NCBI GenBank assembly: GCA_902478725.1
Contig: CABSMD010000001.1
Span: forward strand, 1-48,922
From: an uncultured Clostridia bacterium
Lineage (GTDB): Bacteria; Bacillota; Clostridia; HGM11514
Reading direction: 5' to 3'
DNA: 48,922 nt
The position numbers and the translations under genes were made by a program. This document shows positions 48,806-48,922 of this stretch, in pieces; the first letter of the stretch is position 1, and each line of letters opens with the position of its first letter. The notes under the pieces were generated by a model. It was not told the DNA's origin. It did no database searches and worked only from the letters and a program-made list of their open reading frames with translations.

Positions 48806-48922
48806 GTGGGCAAAGTGGTAGCGATAGTCAACCAAAAAGGCGGCGTGGGAAAGACGACGACGGCCGTCAACCTGAGCGCGAGCCTGGCGGAGCTGGGAAA
48901 GCGCATTCTTGTTGTGGACATC
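48806..48922 (+). CDS. soj: ParA/Soj chromosome partitioning ATPase (N-terminal fragment, runs off the window)
   Basis: Hand translation from GTG 48806: [39 protein letters not shown], with the deviant Walker A motif KGGVGKT. Confidence 0.85.
   Translation, partial: MGKVVAIVNQKGGVGKTTTAVNLSASLAELGKRILVVDI

Overview
This window is the chromosomal replication-origin region of a moderately GC-rich Firmicutes/Clostridia-type genome. The right two fifths hold the classical origin gene set. On the minus strand: gyrA, gyrB, remB, recF, yaaA, dnaN, dnaA. Diverging on the plus strand: rpmH, rnpA, yidD, yidC, jag, mnmE, mnmG, rsmG, a noc/parB-like gene and the start of soj/parA. A DnaA-box cluster sits in the dnaA-dnaN spacer, and a perfect parS sits just after noc. 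The left three fifths are metabolic and accessory. They include a fucose-isomerase-like gene, a GH95 fucosidase, ddh, pyk, and two tandem QueG/RdhA-like Fe-S paralogs next to a LacI regulator. They also include a BMP lipoprotein packed against dnaD/dnaI-like genes, queG, an esterase and a PfkB kinase. A four-gene surface-glycan operon ends in a 1514-aa SLH-anchored beta-helix protein. It is followed by a PocR/AraC regulator, a GDPD enzyme and a 943-aa secreted Big_2/LamG protein. No rRNA, tRNA, CRISPR array or transposase was seen. The most interesting signals are non-coding. (1) A roughly 180-nt multi-helix RNA candidate lies behind a near-consensus promoter, upstream of the BMP-dnaD-dnaI-lacI gene string. 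(2) A 49-bp promoter module is duplicated 2.8 kb apart. (3) Promoter-plus-hairpin repeats of 97-100 bp are stacked in front of noc and soj. (4) An identical 16-bp LacI-type palindrome occurs twice, linking the regulator to the Fe-S paralog pair. All calls come from reading the sequence by eye; no searches were run.
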